Shown here: piece by piece, positions 9,754 to 19,850 of the stretch
Layout: every line of letters starts with the position of its first letter
Numbering within the stretch: position 1 is the first letter of the stretch
NCBI GenBank assembly: GCA_965140415.1
Contig: OZ223209.1
Location: forward strand, 1,664,001-1,728,000
DNA length: 64,000 nt
Reading direction: 5' to 3'
Source: Myxococcota bacterium
GTDB lineage: Bacteria; Myxococcota_A; SURF-8
Notes under the pieces: model-generated
What the model was told of the DNA's origin: nothing
Database searches by the model: none
What the model saw: the letters and a program-made list of their open reading frames with translations, nothing else
Made by a program: the position numbers and the translations under genes

Positions 9754-10112
9754 TATTTGAAAAGAGTTTCAATGCGTTGATGGAACGATTGGATCAGGGG
9801 CTGGCCTGTTTATTGATGGGTACAGACGGTATTCATGTCGTTTCCGTGATAAAGCCCGGTGTGGAACTGGACTTGGAGTTGATGGGTGCGGAAATTTCCG
9901 TTTTCGTCAATCAGTTGAGAAAAGCCGCCTTTGCATCTCAGTTCGGTCAGAGTCGGGAAGTCGTTATTCGATCAAGCAAAACGAAAGTATTGCTGCGTGT
10001 ACTGACAGACGATTATTTCGTCGCATTGGTTATGAGTGCAGAAGCAACCGTGGGTAAAGGACGATTCCTGTTGGATCTTGTCGTTCCTGAAATATTGGAA
10101 GAATTAGAATAA
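9750..10112 (+). CDS. mglC: Roadblock/LC7 protein, MglC-like
   Basis: 120 aa; 'ACLLMGTDGI', 'DYFVALVM...GKGRFLL' closely follow Myxococcus MglC as I recall it (ACSVMGFDGI...DYFLVLAL...GKGRYVL). Same position between pilQ and efp. Confidence 0.82.
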   Translation: MIFEKSFNALMERLDQGLACLLMGTDGIHVVSVIKPGVELDLELMGAEISVFVNQLRKAAFASQFGQSREVVIRSSKTKVLLRVLTDDYFVALVMSAEATVGKGRFLLDLVVPEILEELE

Positions 10113-10172
10113 TCGAGTCAAATGCAAACTGAATTTTGATTCGCTCAGGAAATAAATAAAAAGGAAATAAGC

Positions 10173-11255
10173 ATGCAAGAAAACAACCCGATTCGTTTCA
10201 CTGTAGAAATGTTGTTTTCGGAATATCGTTTGGATGCACTGTGGGTGAAAAACCTTGTATCGATAAAATATCTAGCTGGATTTACCGGATCCACGGCGAA
10301 TCTGCTGATCGAGGGGAATCAGTCTAAACTGATGATGGTGGATAGCCGCTATACCATTCAGGCTGGACAGGAGTGTGCAGGCAGCCGGGTTATTGAAATA
10401 ACAAAGCCTTTGGAAGATCTTGCAGAACAGGTTGTTGAATCGGGGTATAAACGCCTGGGTTTCGAGGCCAACCAGGCCACGTATGCAGATGTAGAAACGC
10501 TGAAAAAGTTGTTGCCGAACGTTGAACTGGTTGCTGTTGAGAAAAATCTGGCCAATCTGCGCGTTGTGAAAAGCTCTGAGGAAATCGAGAAATTAAAAAC
10601 GGCAAGTAAAATCGCAAATATTGCGTTTTCGGAACTGCTCGAGCAGATTCAGCCTGGCTGGACCGAAAAAGAGGCTGCTTGGTTTTTGGAAAAGCGCTTT
10701 CGTGAGAATGGTGCAACAGGATTATCCTTTGATACGCTGGTTTGTTCCGGTGCAAGGGCTGCAATTGTTCACGGGAAACCAAGCGATAAAAAGATCGAAA
10801 AGGGTGAACTGATTATCGTGGATCGTGGTCTGGTGGCCGATCACTTCTGTTCGGATGAAACAAACACGTTGTTGATGGGGAAAGCCGACGATAAACAGAA
10901 GGAAATCTACCAGATCGTGCTGGATGCCCATGATAAATGCATTGAATCGATCAAACCAGGGCGTAGTTGCATTGACATCGATGCTGTAGCGCGCGATTAT
11001 ATCCGTGAGAAGGGGTATGGGGACTACTTTGGCCATGGCACCGGGCATGGAATCGGTTTGGAAGTCCACGAGCAGCCGATGATTTCCCCGCGTGGCCAGG
11101 GAATTGTGGAAGAAGGTATGGTTTTCTCCGTGGAACCGGGTATTTATATTCCCGAGTGGGGCGGAGTTCGAATAGAAGATCTTGTCGTGGTGACCTCGGA
11201 TGGATGTGAGGTAATCACGCGTGCCGATAAAAAACGGTTCGAATTGGAGCGATAA
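10173..11255 (+). CDS. Xaa-Pro aminopeptidase/dipeptidase (M24B)
   Basis: 'YLAGFTGS', 'DSRYT', 'FGHGTGHGIGLEVHE', 'SVEPGIY', 'GGVRIED'. Confidence 0.95.
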   Translation: MQENNPIRFTVEMLFSEYRLDALWVKNLVSIKYLAGFTGSTANLLIEGNQSKLMMVDSRYTIQAGQECAGSRVIEITKPLEDLAEQVVESGYKRLGFEANQATYADVETLKKLLPNVELVAVEKNLANLRVVKSSEEIEKLKTASKIANIAFSELLEQIQPGWTEKEAAWFLEKRFRENGATGLSFDTLVCSGARAAIVHGKPSDKKIEKGELIIVDRGLVADHFCSDETNTLLMGKADDKQKEIYQIVLDAHDKCIESIKPGRSCIDIDAVARDYIREKGYGDYFGHGTGHGIGLEVHEQPMISPRGQGIVEEGMVFSVEPGIYIPEWGGVRIEDLVVVTSDGCEVITRADKKRFELER

Positions 11256-11279
11256 TATTTCTGGAGTCAGGAGAGTCAG

Positions 11280-11849
11280 ATGGCAGTCATTTACACAAAC
11301 GAATTTCGCAACGGCTTGAAAATTGAATTGGATGGAACACCGTATGAAATCACGTATTTCCAAGCGGTTAATCCAGGTAAAGGTTCCGCTTTTACGCGTA
11401 CGAAGCTTAAAAATATGCTAACGGGAGCCGTGCTTGAGCGCACCTTCAAATCCGGTGAAAAAGTGGACAAACCGGATATGAGTGAAGCGAAAATGCAGTA
11501 TCTCTATCAGGATGACATCGGCTATGTCATGATGGATCTCGAAACCTTCGAGCAGGTGACAATCGAACGCGATGTAATCGGCGATTCAAAGGATTTCCTG
11601 ATTGAAAACGGGGAAGTGGATGTGTTGTTCCATAACAGCACTCCGGTAGGGTTGAGTTTCCCCAACCATCTGGTGTTCCAGATTACGCAGTGCGATCCTG
11701 GCGTGCGCGGCGATACCGCGACTGGCGCGACCAAACCTGCTACCCTTGAGACCGGGATGGTTGTAAATGTTCCTCTGTTTGTCGAAGAAGGCGAGAAGAT
11801 TCGAGTCGATACACGAACTCGCGAATATTTGGAGCGCGTCCGTGATTAA
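11280..11849 (+). CDS. efp: Elongation factor P
   Basis: 'NPGKGSAFTRTKLKN', 'PGVRGDTAT...KPATLETG', 'VPLFV...IRVDTRT'. Confidence 0.98.
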   Translation: MAVIYTNEFRNGLKIELDGTPYEITYFQAVNPGKGSAFTRTKLKNMLTGAVLERTFKSGEKVDKPDMSEAKMQYLYQDDIGYVMMDLETFEQVTIERDVIGDSKDFLIENGEVDVLFHNSTPVGLSFPNHLVFQITQCDPGVRGDTATGATKPATLETGMVVNVPLFVEEGEKIRVDTRTREYLERVRD

Positions 11850-11927
11850 TGTGGTAGAGTAAGCGGATATGGGAAAACGTATGTTGGCAATGCTTACGAT
11901 CGTTTGATAACAGGAGACCCGCTGTCC

Positions 11928-14900
11928 GTGGCATTCAATAAAGAAAAAGTCACAGCCGTTGCGATGAAGCACCTTCAGAAGGGGGCGCTCGAAAAAGCGG
12001 TACGCGAATTCGAGAAGATCCTTGAAATGGAGCCGAGCGACGAGCGCACGTTGCAGAAAGTCGCCGATTTGTATGCTCGTATGAATCGCAAACAGGCGGC
12101 TCTAAATGCGTATCGGCGCGTTTCTGATTTGTACGTCAAGCACGGCTTTTACCTCAAGGCGATTGCGGTTTACAAGCAGATCCTAAAGCTCGATCCGGAG
12201 CAGATGGAACTGTACAAAAAGCTGGCGGAGATGTATCAGCAGCTTGGATTGCTATCTGAAACGATTCAGCAATACAAGATCCTGATCAAGTATTACGAGG
12301 AAAACAACAAAGAAGCCGAGGCGCTGGATGCGCTGAAAAAAATCGTCGAGATCGAGCCGGACGACCTGCCCAATCGTATTCGACTGGCTGAGGGTTTGAT
12401 TCGAAGCGGTAAAGCGGAAGAAGGTCTGGCGGAATACGATCAGGCTGCCAGCGAATTGAAACGACAGAAACGCGAAGATGACTATATTCGCGTTTTGGAT
12501 CGCATTGTGTTTCATGCTCCGGAGCGGATCGAACAGGGGCGTGAACTGTGTCGCCTTCTTATTGAACGTGGCGAGTCTCAAAAAGGACTGGTGCGTTTGC
12601 AGAAAGTGCTTAAGCAGCAGCCGGAAAGTATAGAGACTCTGGAATTATTGGCCTTGTCTTTCCAGAAGATGAGGCAACTGGTCAAAACCATTACCGTTTA
12701 CCGAGAGATGGCCCGGATTCTAAGATCGCGCGGCGATCATGCTCGGTTGGGTGATATTTACGACGCCATTTTAAAGATCGATCCCGAAAATCAGGAGGCG
12801 TTGGAGGGCAAAAAGGCAATTCCTTACTCGTTAGGGCGTCCTGGAGAGGATGCGACGCTTGGCGAGGATGTAGAGGATGACCTGGAGGAACTGGGTACGT
12901 TAAGCGAAGTTCCTGGGGGGAGTAAAACTCCCAAGAAGCCCAAACGACGTACGGCTCCGAAAACGCCCGATAAGCCATCTACCGTAAAACTGATGACCGA
13001 GGCGGAAGTCTTTACAAAATACGGATTGCACGATCAAGCCGAAAGCCGTCTACGCCAGATTCTGGAACTGGAACCTGCGAATCTTGAGGCGTTGCAAAAG
13101 CTTAAAGTCGTTCTGGTTGCACTGGAGGAACTTGAAGATGTCGAGCAGACTCTGGTGGAAATCGCTGCGCTGAATCTGGATGCCGGAAAATTACTGGAAG
13201 CGCGTGAGGCGTTGGACGAAGCGGTAAAGCTGGATATCAACGCACAGAAAATCAGCGGTATTTTAGATGAGATCGATCAGGGCGAGGCTGCTGGGGCGGT
13301 TGCGAAGTTGCGTGAACTGTTCCATTTACAACCAGTAGAAGCTGCGGCGGAACTGACCTTACCCGAGGTCGCGCCCATGGCTCCGATTAGCAACAGCAGT
13401 ACACAACCATTGCAATTGGAGCCGGATGTCGATGAATTCGGCGTGGAAGAAATTGAAGCTGTTGCCGAAGATGAACCACTGGTTGAACTTGATATCGATT
13501 TCGATCAGGAAGTTGAGTTGATCGACGACGATGACCTGCCTGTTGAGGAAATCGAAGCGGAGCCTATGGTCGAGGAAGAAGCCGAGCCGGAAATTATCGA
13601 GGAAGTTGAGCTTCCTCCGCACTTGCGTCCCGAAGCGCAAGCGGAATCCGTTGCGGCTCCTCCCGCTCGAGAAACGCCCAAGCCACCGGCTTTGCCGCAA
13701 CGGGACGGCATTGAGATCTCCGAAGAATTCGATGATGATGTACTCGACGAACTACTGATTTCCGAGGAAATTGAATCGGTCGAACCGCCGCCCATGCCTG
13801 CGGACTTGATCGGACAGACCGAAGATACTACTGGTGTGCCGGAAGCGGAGATCGAGGAATCCTTCGAGGAAGTTCTGGTTTTCGATGATATCGAAAACGA
13901 AGAGACACTTGAGGCGGAGTTGGTGGAAACTGTGGAAGAGGAGACTATCGAGCCGCCACCGCTGGACTTGATGGACGCGGAAGAGATTACTTCTACAGAG
14001 GAAGACTTGGAAGCTGGTGCCGATGACGTCCCGAGTGTGCCACAGGAACCTGTCTCCCAGGAAATCGCCTTCGAGGAAGTCGAGGCGGAAAGTGTTTCCG
14101 AGCCGAATGACGATCAAATCGTAGAAACAGCCGAAGAAGAAGCCGAATTCGCTTTGGAAGAGGATCTACGGGAAGATCGCTTACAAGAAGGTGAAGCTCA
14201 ACCGGAAGATCTCGACACCATCGGTTTGGATGACGTCCTGGAAGAGGTTGAGAGTGAAACCGTTTCGGAAGCTCCACCGCTTCCCGAAGAGGCCGAACTG
14301 GATTTGATGGATCTGGCCGACATTGAAATAGAGGAAGAAACTCTCTCCGTACTTGAAGAAGCGCCGGACCTGGAAAGTGTACCGCTGGAAGAGTTAACGG
14401 AAGACGTGGCTCAAGATTCGGAGGCGGAAGACGTCGGATTCCTATTGGAAGACGATAGCTCGGATACAAGCTTCGAAGTGGCGGAAACGGAAGTGGAACC
14501 GGAGCCCGAAGCACAAGAAGATCGAGAGTTGGAACTGCCTCCGATGGAACTGCCGGATCAGCAGTCGGTTGATCATCTACCGTTGGCGGAGTTGCTGGAT
14601 GAAGATCAGTTGGAGGATTTTGAGGAAGCAGAATTCTTCTTCGAGCAGGCGGTATATGCCGAATGCCTGGCAACTTACGAGGAGCTGCTGGAGCAATATC
14701 CTGCCCATCCGGAACTATTAGAAAAAGTAGAGACCTGCCGTCGAGAGCTGGACGAGGCTCAGCAGCGACGGGAGCACTTGCATCTGGACAAAAAGTGGAG
14801 CGCCGCTGTCGATGAACAGGCCGAGGAGATGGGAGCGGGAGAGACCCAGATGGAAGCCGTTGTCGATTGGTCGACATCCGAAAAGGAAGAGCGGTTGGCC

Positions 14901-15533
14901 GGTGGCGCTCAGGAGAACGGATCGGTGGATCTAGGTGCGGAAATCATGTCCGGTTTGGATTTGGATGATGACGACGATGAAGACGGTGAGCCGTTTGTCG
15001 GAGAAGGCAAACGAGTGCATGTGGCCGATCAGATCGCAGAAGATGAAACGGAAACCCATTTGAATCTTGGAATCGCGTATCGGGAAATGGGTTTGCTGGA
15101 TGAGGCGATTGGAGAGTTTCTCGTTGCCGAGAAGCGGGGGTTGTCCTTGCGTGCAACGATGCTGCTTGCGTTCTGTTATCTGGAAAAAGGTCGTCTGCGT
15201 CGCTCGATGGAATTCTTCCAAAAGGCCACCCAGCATGAAAAACTGACTCGCAGTGCATTTCTTGGAATGCGTTACGATTTGGGAATTCATTTCGAAAAGA
15301 CCGGTCAGGTTGAGCAGGCGCTAAACCAATATAAAGCCATCGAGCAGTTGCAGTCGGATTACCGCAATGTGGCTGAATTGATAGAAAACCTGGAGCAAGC
15401 AGGCGAGACGCCAGCCGAGCCGGGCGACCTTGAAAAGATTCTGGACGAAACCGATGTGGATGCGCTACCGGAGGGCGACCCTGAACCGGGACAGTCTCCG
15501 AGTCGCAACAAAGCCAACATTACCTATGTGTAA
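11928..15533 (+). CDS. sgmX: Large multi-TPR protein with a long acidic linker, SgmX-like pilus activator
   Basis: N-terminal TPR array (MAFNKEKV...LQKGALEKAVREF...GFYLKAIAVYKQILKLDP), middle 'EAEVFTKYGL', Glu/Asp-rich linker, C-terminal TPRs 'ETHLNLGIAYREMGLLDEAI', terminal 'ITYV'. Same position as M. xanthus sgmX, after efp and before an ExeA-like ATPase. GTG start inferred from an AGGAG RBS. Confidence 0.8.
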   Translation: MAFNKEKVTAVAMKHLQKGALEKAVREFEKILEMEPSDERTLQKVADLYARMNRKQAALNAYRRVSDLYVKHGFYLKAIAVYKQILKLDPEQMELYKKLAEMYQQLGLLSETIQQYKILIKYYEENNKEAEALDALKKIVEIEPDDLPNRIRLAEGLIRSGKAEEGLAEYDQAASELKRQKREDDYIRVLDRIVFHAPERIEQGRELCRLLIERGESQKGLVRLQKVLKQQPESIETLELLALSFQKMRQLVKTITVYREMARILRSRGDHARLGDIYDAILKIDPENQEALEGKKAIPYSLGRPGEDATLGEDVEDDLEELGTLSEVPGGSKTPKKPKRRTAPKTPDKPSTVKLMTEAEVFTKYGLHDQAESRLRQILELEPANLEALQKLKVVLVALEELEDVEQTLVEIAALNLDAGKLLEAREALDEAVKLDINAQKISGILDEIDQGEAAGAVAKLRELFHLQPVEAAAELTLPEVAPMAPISNSSTQPLQLEPDVDEFGVEEIEAVAEDEPLVELDIDFDQEVELIDDDDLPVEEIEAEPMVEEEAEPEIIEEVELPPHLRPEAQAESVAAPPARETPKPPALPQRDGIEISEEFDDDVLDELLISEEIESVEPPPMPADLIGQTEDTTGVPEAEIEESFEEVLVFDDIENEETLEAELVETVEEETIEPPPLDLMDAEEITSTEEDLEAGADDVPSVPQEPVSQEIAFEEVEAESVSEPNDDQIVETAEEEAEFALEEDLREDRLQEGEAQPEDLDTIGLDDVLEEVESETVSEAPPLPEEAELDLMDLADIEIEEETLSVLEEAPDLESVPLEELTEDVAQDSEAEDVGFLLEDDSSDTSFEVAETEVEPEPEAQEDRELELPPMELPDQQSVDHLPLAELLDEDQLEDFEEAEFFFEQAVYAECLATYEELLEQYPAHPELLEKVETCRRELDEAQQRREHLHLDKKWSAAVDEQAEEMGAGETQMEAVVDWSTSEKEERLAGGAQENGSVDLGAEIMSGLDLDDDDDEDGEPFVGEGKRVHVADQIAEDETETHLNLGIAYREMGLLDEAIGEFLVAEKRGLSLRATMLLAFCYLEKGRLRRSMEFFQKATQHEKLTRSAFLGMRYDLGIHFEKTGQVEQALNQYKAIEQLQSDYRNVAELIENLEQAGETPAEPGDLEKILDETDVDALPEGDPEPGQSPSRNKANITYV

Positions 15534-15591
15534 TTTCGACGTTTATTTGTTTTAGTCGTTGTAATCGCTTCGAAACAGGCGGTGGAGAGTC

Positions 15592-16557
15592 ATGCCGTAT
15601 AAGGAGTTTTACAACCTCGTAATCGAACCTTTCTCCAACGCCCCCAATGCGCGCTTGTATTTTCCCGGTCCACAACACGAACGCACCCTGGCGAAGTTAC
15701 GTTATGCCGTAGACAACATGAAAGGGTTGGCCGTCTGCACCGGAGATATCGGTGCGGGTAAGACCACGTTGGCGCGGCGTTTATTGGACAGCCTGCCGGA
15801 CAAGGAATTCGAGGCGGCGCTTTTAGTGATCGTTCATTCCGGTATTACGGCGAATTGGCTGTTAAAGCGGATCGCGTTGCAATTGGGTGTAAAGGAACCA
15901 GCCGCCGAGAAACTGGCTCTGCTGTCACAACTGTACCGTCGTTTGGTGCGACTGTATCAGGAGGGCAAAAAGGCGGTGGTGCTCATCGACGAAACGCAGA
16001 TGCTCAAATCGCGTGAGTTGATGGAGGAATTCCGGGGGCTTTTAAACCTGGAAGTTCCGGGGCGCAAGCTGATCACGTTTATCTTTTTCGGCTTGGACGA
16101 TCTGGACGATTCCCTCAAAATCGACGAGCCGCTTCGCCAAAGGGTCGCGGTGCGAACGCGCTTGATGCCGCTCGATCAGGAATCGACCGGCAAATATGTG
16201 CTGCATCGTCTGCAATTGGCCGGGGCGACCCGAACCGTGTTTTCTTCGGGTGCGTTGGTCGAAATCCACACCTGTAGTCGAGGCATTCCGCGTTTAATCA
16301 ATACCTTATGCGATAATGCGCTTTTCGAAGGCGCGTTGATTCGTGAACATGTCATCGGGGCGAATCTGGTGCGTCAGGTGGCCGAAGAGTTAGGTATGCT
16401 GGATGTAACTCCAGCGCAGCCGTCTTCTTCTGTGTCCGTTTCGGAATCGAAGCCGCAGAGCGGGGAGGAGAGCGGTGACGCGCCGGATGGTATGACCGCC
16501 CACAAGCAGGAGTTGGAAACCTTCGACGATCTGCTTCGCCAGATCGATAACGACTGA
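15592..16557 (+). CDS. ExeA/GspA-family AAA ATPase
   Basis: 'EPFSNAP', Walker A GDIGAGKT, Walker B 'VVLIDETQML', 'SRGIPRLINTLCDNAL'. Confidence 0.93.
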   Translation: MPYKEFYNLVIEPFSNAPNARLYFPGPQHERTLAKLRYAVDNMKGLAVCTGDIGAGKTTLARRLLDSLPDKEFEAALLVIVHSGITANWLLKRIALQLGVKEPAAEKLALLSQLYRRLVRLYQEGKKAVVLIDETQMLKSRELMEEFRGLLNLEVPGRKLITFIFFGLDDLDDSLKIDEPLRQRVAVRTRLMPLDQESTGKYVLHRLQLAGATRTVFSSGALVEIHTCSRGIPRLINTLCDNALFEGALIREHVIGANLVRQVAEELGMLDVTPAQPSSSVSVSESKPQSGEESGDAPDGMTAHKQELETFDDLLRQIDND

Positions 16558-16576
16558 TTCTGAATAATATCGAACA

Positions 16577-18757
16577 TCAAGGCAATCGTTTTAAGGTGCC
16601 GCAGTCGGTACAATCAAGCCACATGGTATAGTTGCTGGTGGCGCCCCCAAAGCCGTCTACGACCAGGTACACGCTTTCTCCCTGTGTCACGTTAAAGCTT
16701 ATCGATTCGCTCTCGCCACCTATGTTAGCGGATTTATCCAGACAGGAGTCCGGGGAGCAGTCGGAAAGAAGAAACAGATCCAGATCGCCGGTGAGGTTGG
16801 TTAAGCGGGCGGTTTGTGCGCAGCTTTGCAAGGCGGAATAGCGGTAAATGATCTCCCGACCACTAACTGGTAGGGTGGAACAGGAATACGTATCCCACAC
16901 CGCGCTTCCCTGGGCGTTGTTATAGACGTGCGAGTCGTCGCAGGCCAGACCGTAAGGAGATTCACAACTTCCATTACCCGTGATGTCGCCGTCTGGATCG
17001 ACACAGCCGCAATCCACCTGAAACGTATAGTCAGACACGTTTCCATTGTAGCCTTCTACAACAAAATACATCGTCTCTCCCGCAGCAGCGGTAAGGGATA
17101 TCGTTTCGGCGGAGGTGCCGCTGTGTGTGGCGCGTTGCAGGCAGGTGTTCGGGTCGCAGTCATCCAGCAGGAAAAGATCCAGATTCTCTTGCATGTCGTC
17201 TAATCGCGCGGTGATCAGGCAGTTGCGATCCAACTCCAGATGATAGATCGCCTCGTAGCCGGTAAAGCCTGCTTTACTCGGGCAGGAATAGCTGTCCCAA
17301 ACGGAAATACCGTTTTGCTGGTTGTTGTGGAAAAAGGGTTCTCCACAAATGATCTGATGCGGGTCGCTGCAATTTCCGGTGGCGCTGTCATCGTCGGTGT
17401 CTTGATCGCCGTCGGCGTCGCAGGCACAACTTAGGCGAAATAGGTAGGATGATTGATTCTCGCCGGGAGCGTCGACCACCAGGTAATAACTTTCTCCTGC
17501 TCGTGCATCGAAGTTCAGGCTTTCGGAAGTCAATCCGCTATTGGTCGATTTTTGACGGCAGCTAAGCGGTGACAGTTCATCCAACAAAAAGAGATTGAGA
17601 TCGGCCAGCAGGCCGGTAACGGTAGCGGTGACGCGGCAATTTTGTGAGGGTGTGAAATGATAAATCACTTCTTTTGCACGTTGTCGCTCAGAACTACAGT
17701 TATAGCGCGTAAATACGGACTGACCATAAGTGTCGTTGTGGTGTCGGATTGCCTCGTTGCATGGAGCGGCAAAGATGTTGTTCAATTCGACATCCAATTC
17801 AAACGTGTCGGAATCTAGCTCATCTGAATCGATGGCATCGGTTTCGACTTGATCCAGATCGCCATCGGTGGGTGGTCGATCGGCATCTTCCATTGATTCC
17901 ACCGAATCCCATTCGATCTCCCATTCTTCATCCAACTCTGTATCGCCATCGACGGAAAAGTCGCACTGGCAGAATACCGACCAGTCGAATGGAGTAAGCT
18001 GGGAATCAAGTCCGTCCACGCTTAAATAATGATATCGTCCCTTCTCGCTGTGAAAGGAAAGGCTCTCCTCCTGCCAGCCGAAGTTGCTCGAATCCGCTTC
18101 GCAGAATTCTCCACCGCAGCCAGAAAGCCTGAACAGGTCCAGATCGCTCTGCAAGCCGGAAACACGCACCCGCACGTCGCAGTCGGCGGGAGAATAAAAC
18201 CAGAAGAGTTGTTCGGCTGCGGGATACGCAATCTCCGAGCAGGTATAGTCTGTAATGACGGATTCAAGCTCGGAGCCAGGCTCGATGCGTTCCTGTTGTC
18301 CGCAGAAGGCGCGACGAGCCAGTGGGCAATCTCCCGGTTCAGCGGCGTCGCCATCGACATAACTTTCCGGTTCCTGCTCCGCTTCGAATTCGTATTCAAG
18401 GTCGACATCGCCCGGCCAGAGTTCGTTATCACCTGACTCTACAATGTCGATGTCTTCCGTATCGCCATCGGGTTTTGTCGTCTCATCCAAATCGCCAAAG
18501 GCGTCCGGGTCGGGATCGAGATCCGCCGGGAGTGGGGATTCGTCACGATCTGCGGGTGGTATTTCCTGCTCCGTGTCGCTGTCTGATGGGGTTTCATGCT
18601 GCTCTATATCATCACGATCGGCAGCGGGCACAGGGGAGTCGAGATCAAGATCGGTATCGCCGTTTGGTGTGGAAGAACCGGAAGTACAGCTACAAATCAG
18701 CAATAACAGCAAGATTCCCAGCCCGTATCGTGCAAAACTGTTTTGCAGCATTTTCAT
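16577..18757 (-). CDS. Lipoprotein with Asp-rich linkers and four Cys-containing PPC-like beta-sandwich repeats
   Basis: Signal ...LLLLLICSC. DGD-rich low-complexity linkers. Four repeats of E-x-[IL]-[YF]...C...DL[DN]LF[LR]L...ES[LI]xF...G-E-x-[YV]YLVVD[GA]. Confidence 0.8.
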   Translation of the reverse strand: MKMLQNSFARYGLGILLLLLICSCTSGSSTPNGDTDLDLDSPVPAADRDDIEQHETPSDSDTEQEIPPADRDESPLPADLDPDPDAFGDLDETTKPDGDTEDIDIVESGDNELWPGDVDLEYEFEAEQEPESYVDGDAAEPGDCPLARRAFCGQQERIEPGSELESVITDYTCSEIAYPAAEQLFWFYSPADCDVRVRVSGLQSDLDLFRLSGCGGEFCEADSSNFGWQEESLSFHSEKGRYHYLSVDGLDSQLTPFDWSVFCQCDFSVDGDTELDEEWEIEWDSVESMEDADRPPTDGDLDQVETDAIDSDELDSDTFELDVELNNIFAAPCNEAIRHHNDTYGQSVFTRYNCSSERQRAKEVIYHFTPSQNCRVTATVTGLLADLNLFLLDELSPLSCRQKSTNSGLTSESLNFDARAGESYYLVVDAPGENQSSYLFRLSCACDADGDQDTDDDSATGNCSDPHQIICGEPFFHNNQQNGISVWDSYSCPSKAGFTGYEAIYHLELDRNCLITARLDDMQENLDLFLLDDCDPNTCLQRATHSGTSAETISLTAAAGETMYFVVEGYNGNVSDYTFQVDCGCVDPDGDITGNGSCESPYGLACDDSHVYNNAQGSAVWDTYSCSTLPVSGREIIYRYSALQSCAQTARLTNLTGDLDLFLLSDCSPDSCLDKSANIGGESESISFNVTQGESVYLVVDGFGGATSNYTMWLDCTDCGTLKRLP

Positions 18758-18781
18758 CGCGCACCTAAAAGACCTTTGGCG

Positions 18782-19849
18782 CTATGCCGAACGGATGTCA
18801 TCGGCTTTTTTCAGTGCAAAGCGGTCGGTCATACCCGAAATATAATCACAGACATCCAAGTGCCCTTCGACATCGTCTTTTAAAAGATGGCGTCGCTGGA
18901 CTTCGTAGTGGAACAGATCTTCCAACAGCGCCGCGCCTCTTTGGATGTCGGCTTTGAGATTGGCATCTTGATACATGCGCTTACGCAAAAACGCTCCCAG
19001 TTGCTTGTACGGTAAGCGAACATCGTCGGAGAGTCCCAGTAAAGGAATGATCGACGCAATGTCGGCATCTTGTCCGGCTTGTTCGATGCGACTGCGGCTG
19101 GTAGCGATCAGATCGGAAACCAGTACCGAAACGAGGTTGCGAACGCACATGCTTACCGCGATGCGGGCATCGGGCACATCGGTGGGAAGGCAGCGGCGGA
19201 TCAATTCCAGATCCAGCCCTTTTAGCTCATCCATCGACAAGTTGTGGTAACGGGCGAAGTCGTCGAAGTCGGTGGCGGTATAGGCCAGATCGTCGGCGTA
19301 ATCGGCCACGGCGGCTTCCGCCGTCTCGATTTGGTGCTCGGTGCTCAATCCGTACAGATGCTTTAAAAAGCGCTTGGCCCGCTTGGATTTGGCGATGCCG
19401 GTGATGGTTTCATAGGTCAGGTTCAAGCCTGGATAGAGCGAGGATTTGACCTCGATCAGAGTGACGACGCGCACGTTTTGCAGGTTGTGGTCGAAGCCGC
19501 CGAAAGGTTTCATCAGCCGCTCTAAGACATCCTCTCCCTGGTGGCCGAATGGTGGATGGCCCAGGTCGTGGGCCAGCGCAATCACCTCCGCCAGTTCCGG
19601 GCAGAGTCCGAGCTGTTCGGCTACCACACGTGCAATCTGCGCACATTCCAGGGTGTGCGTCAACCGGTTGCGGTAGTGGTCGCCTTCGGAAGGCGAGAAA
19701 ACTTGGGTCTTGAACGCCAGTCTGCGAAAGGCTTTGCTATACAGTACGCGACCGATATCGCGCCGGAAGTCGGAGCGCGTCGGGTCGGCATCGCTGTTGT
19801 AGCGGCGACCGATGGATTGGAAGGTGGCGTATTTCGCGGAACGGATCAT
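18782..19849 (-). CDS. dgt: dNTP triphosphohydrolase (dGTPase-like, HD domain)
   Basis: 'FRRLAFKTQVF', 'RNRLTHTLE', 'AHDLGHPPFGHQGE', 'DYISGMTDRFA'. Confidence 0.93.
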   Translation of the reverse strand: MIRSAKYATFQSIGRRYNSDADPTRSDFRRDIGRVLYSKAFRRLAFKTQVFSPSEGDHYRNRLTHTLECAQIARVVAEQLGLCPELAEVIALAHDLGHPPFGHQGEDVLERLMKPFGGFDHNLQNVRVVTLIEVKSSLYPGLNLTYETITGIAKSKRAKRFLKHLYGLSTEHQIETAEAAVADYADDLAYTATDFDDFARYHNLSMDELKGLDLELIRRCLPTDVPDARIAVSMCVRNLVSVLVSDLIATSRSRIEQAGQDADIASIIPLLGLSDDVRLPYKQLGAFLRKRMYQDANLKADIQRGAALLEDLFHYEVQRRHLLKDDVEGHLDVCDYISGMTDRFALKKADDIRSA

Positions 19850-19850
19850 A

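Noticed and set aside
18782-19849. dGTPase as an antiphage defence gene
   Set aside because: Housekeeping-like context with no neighbouring defence or mobile genes.
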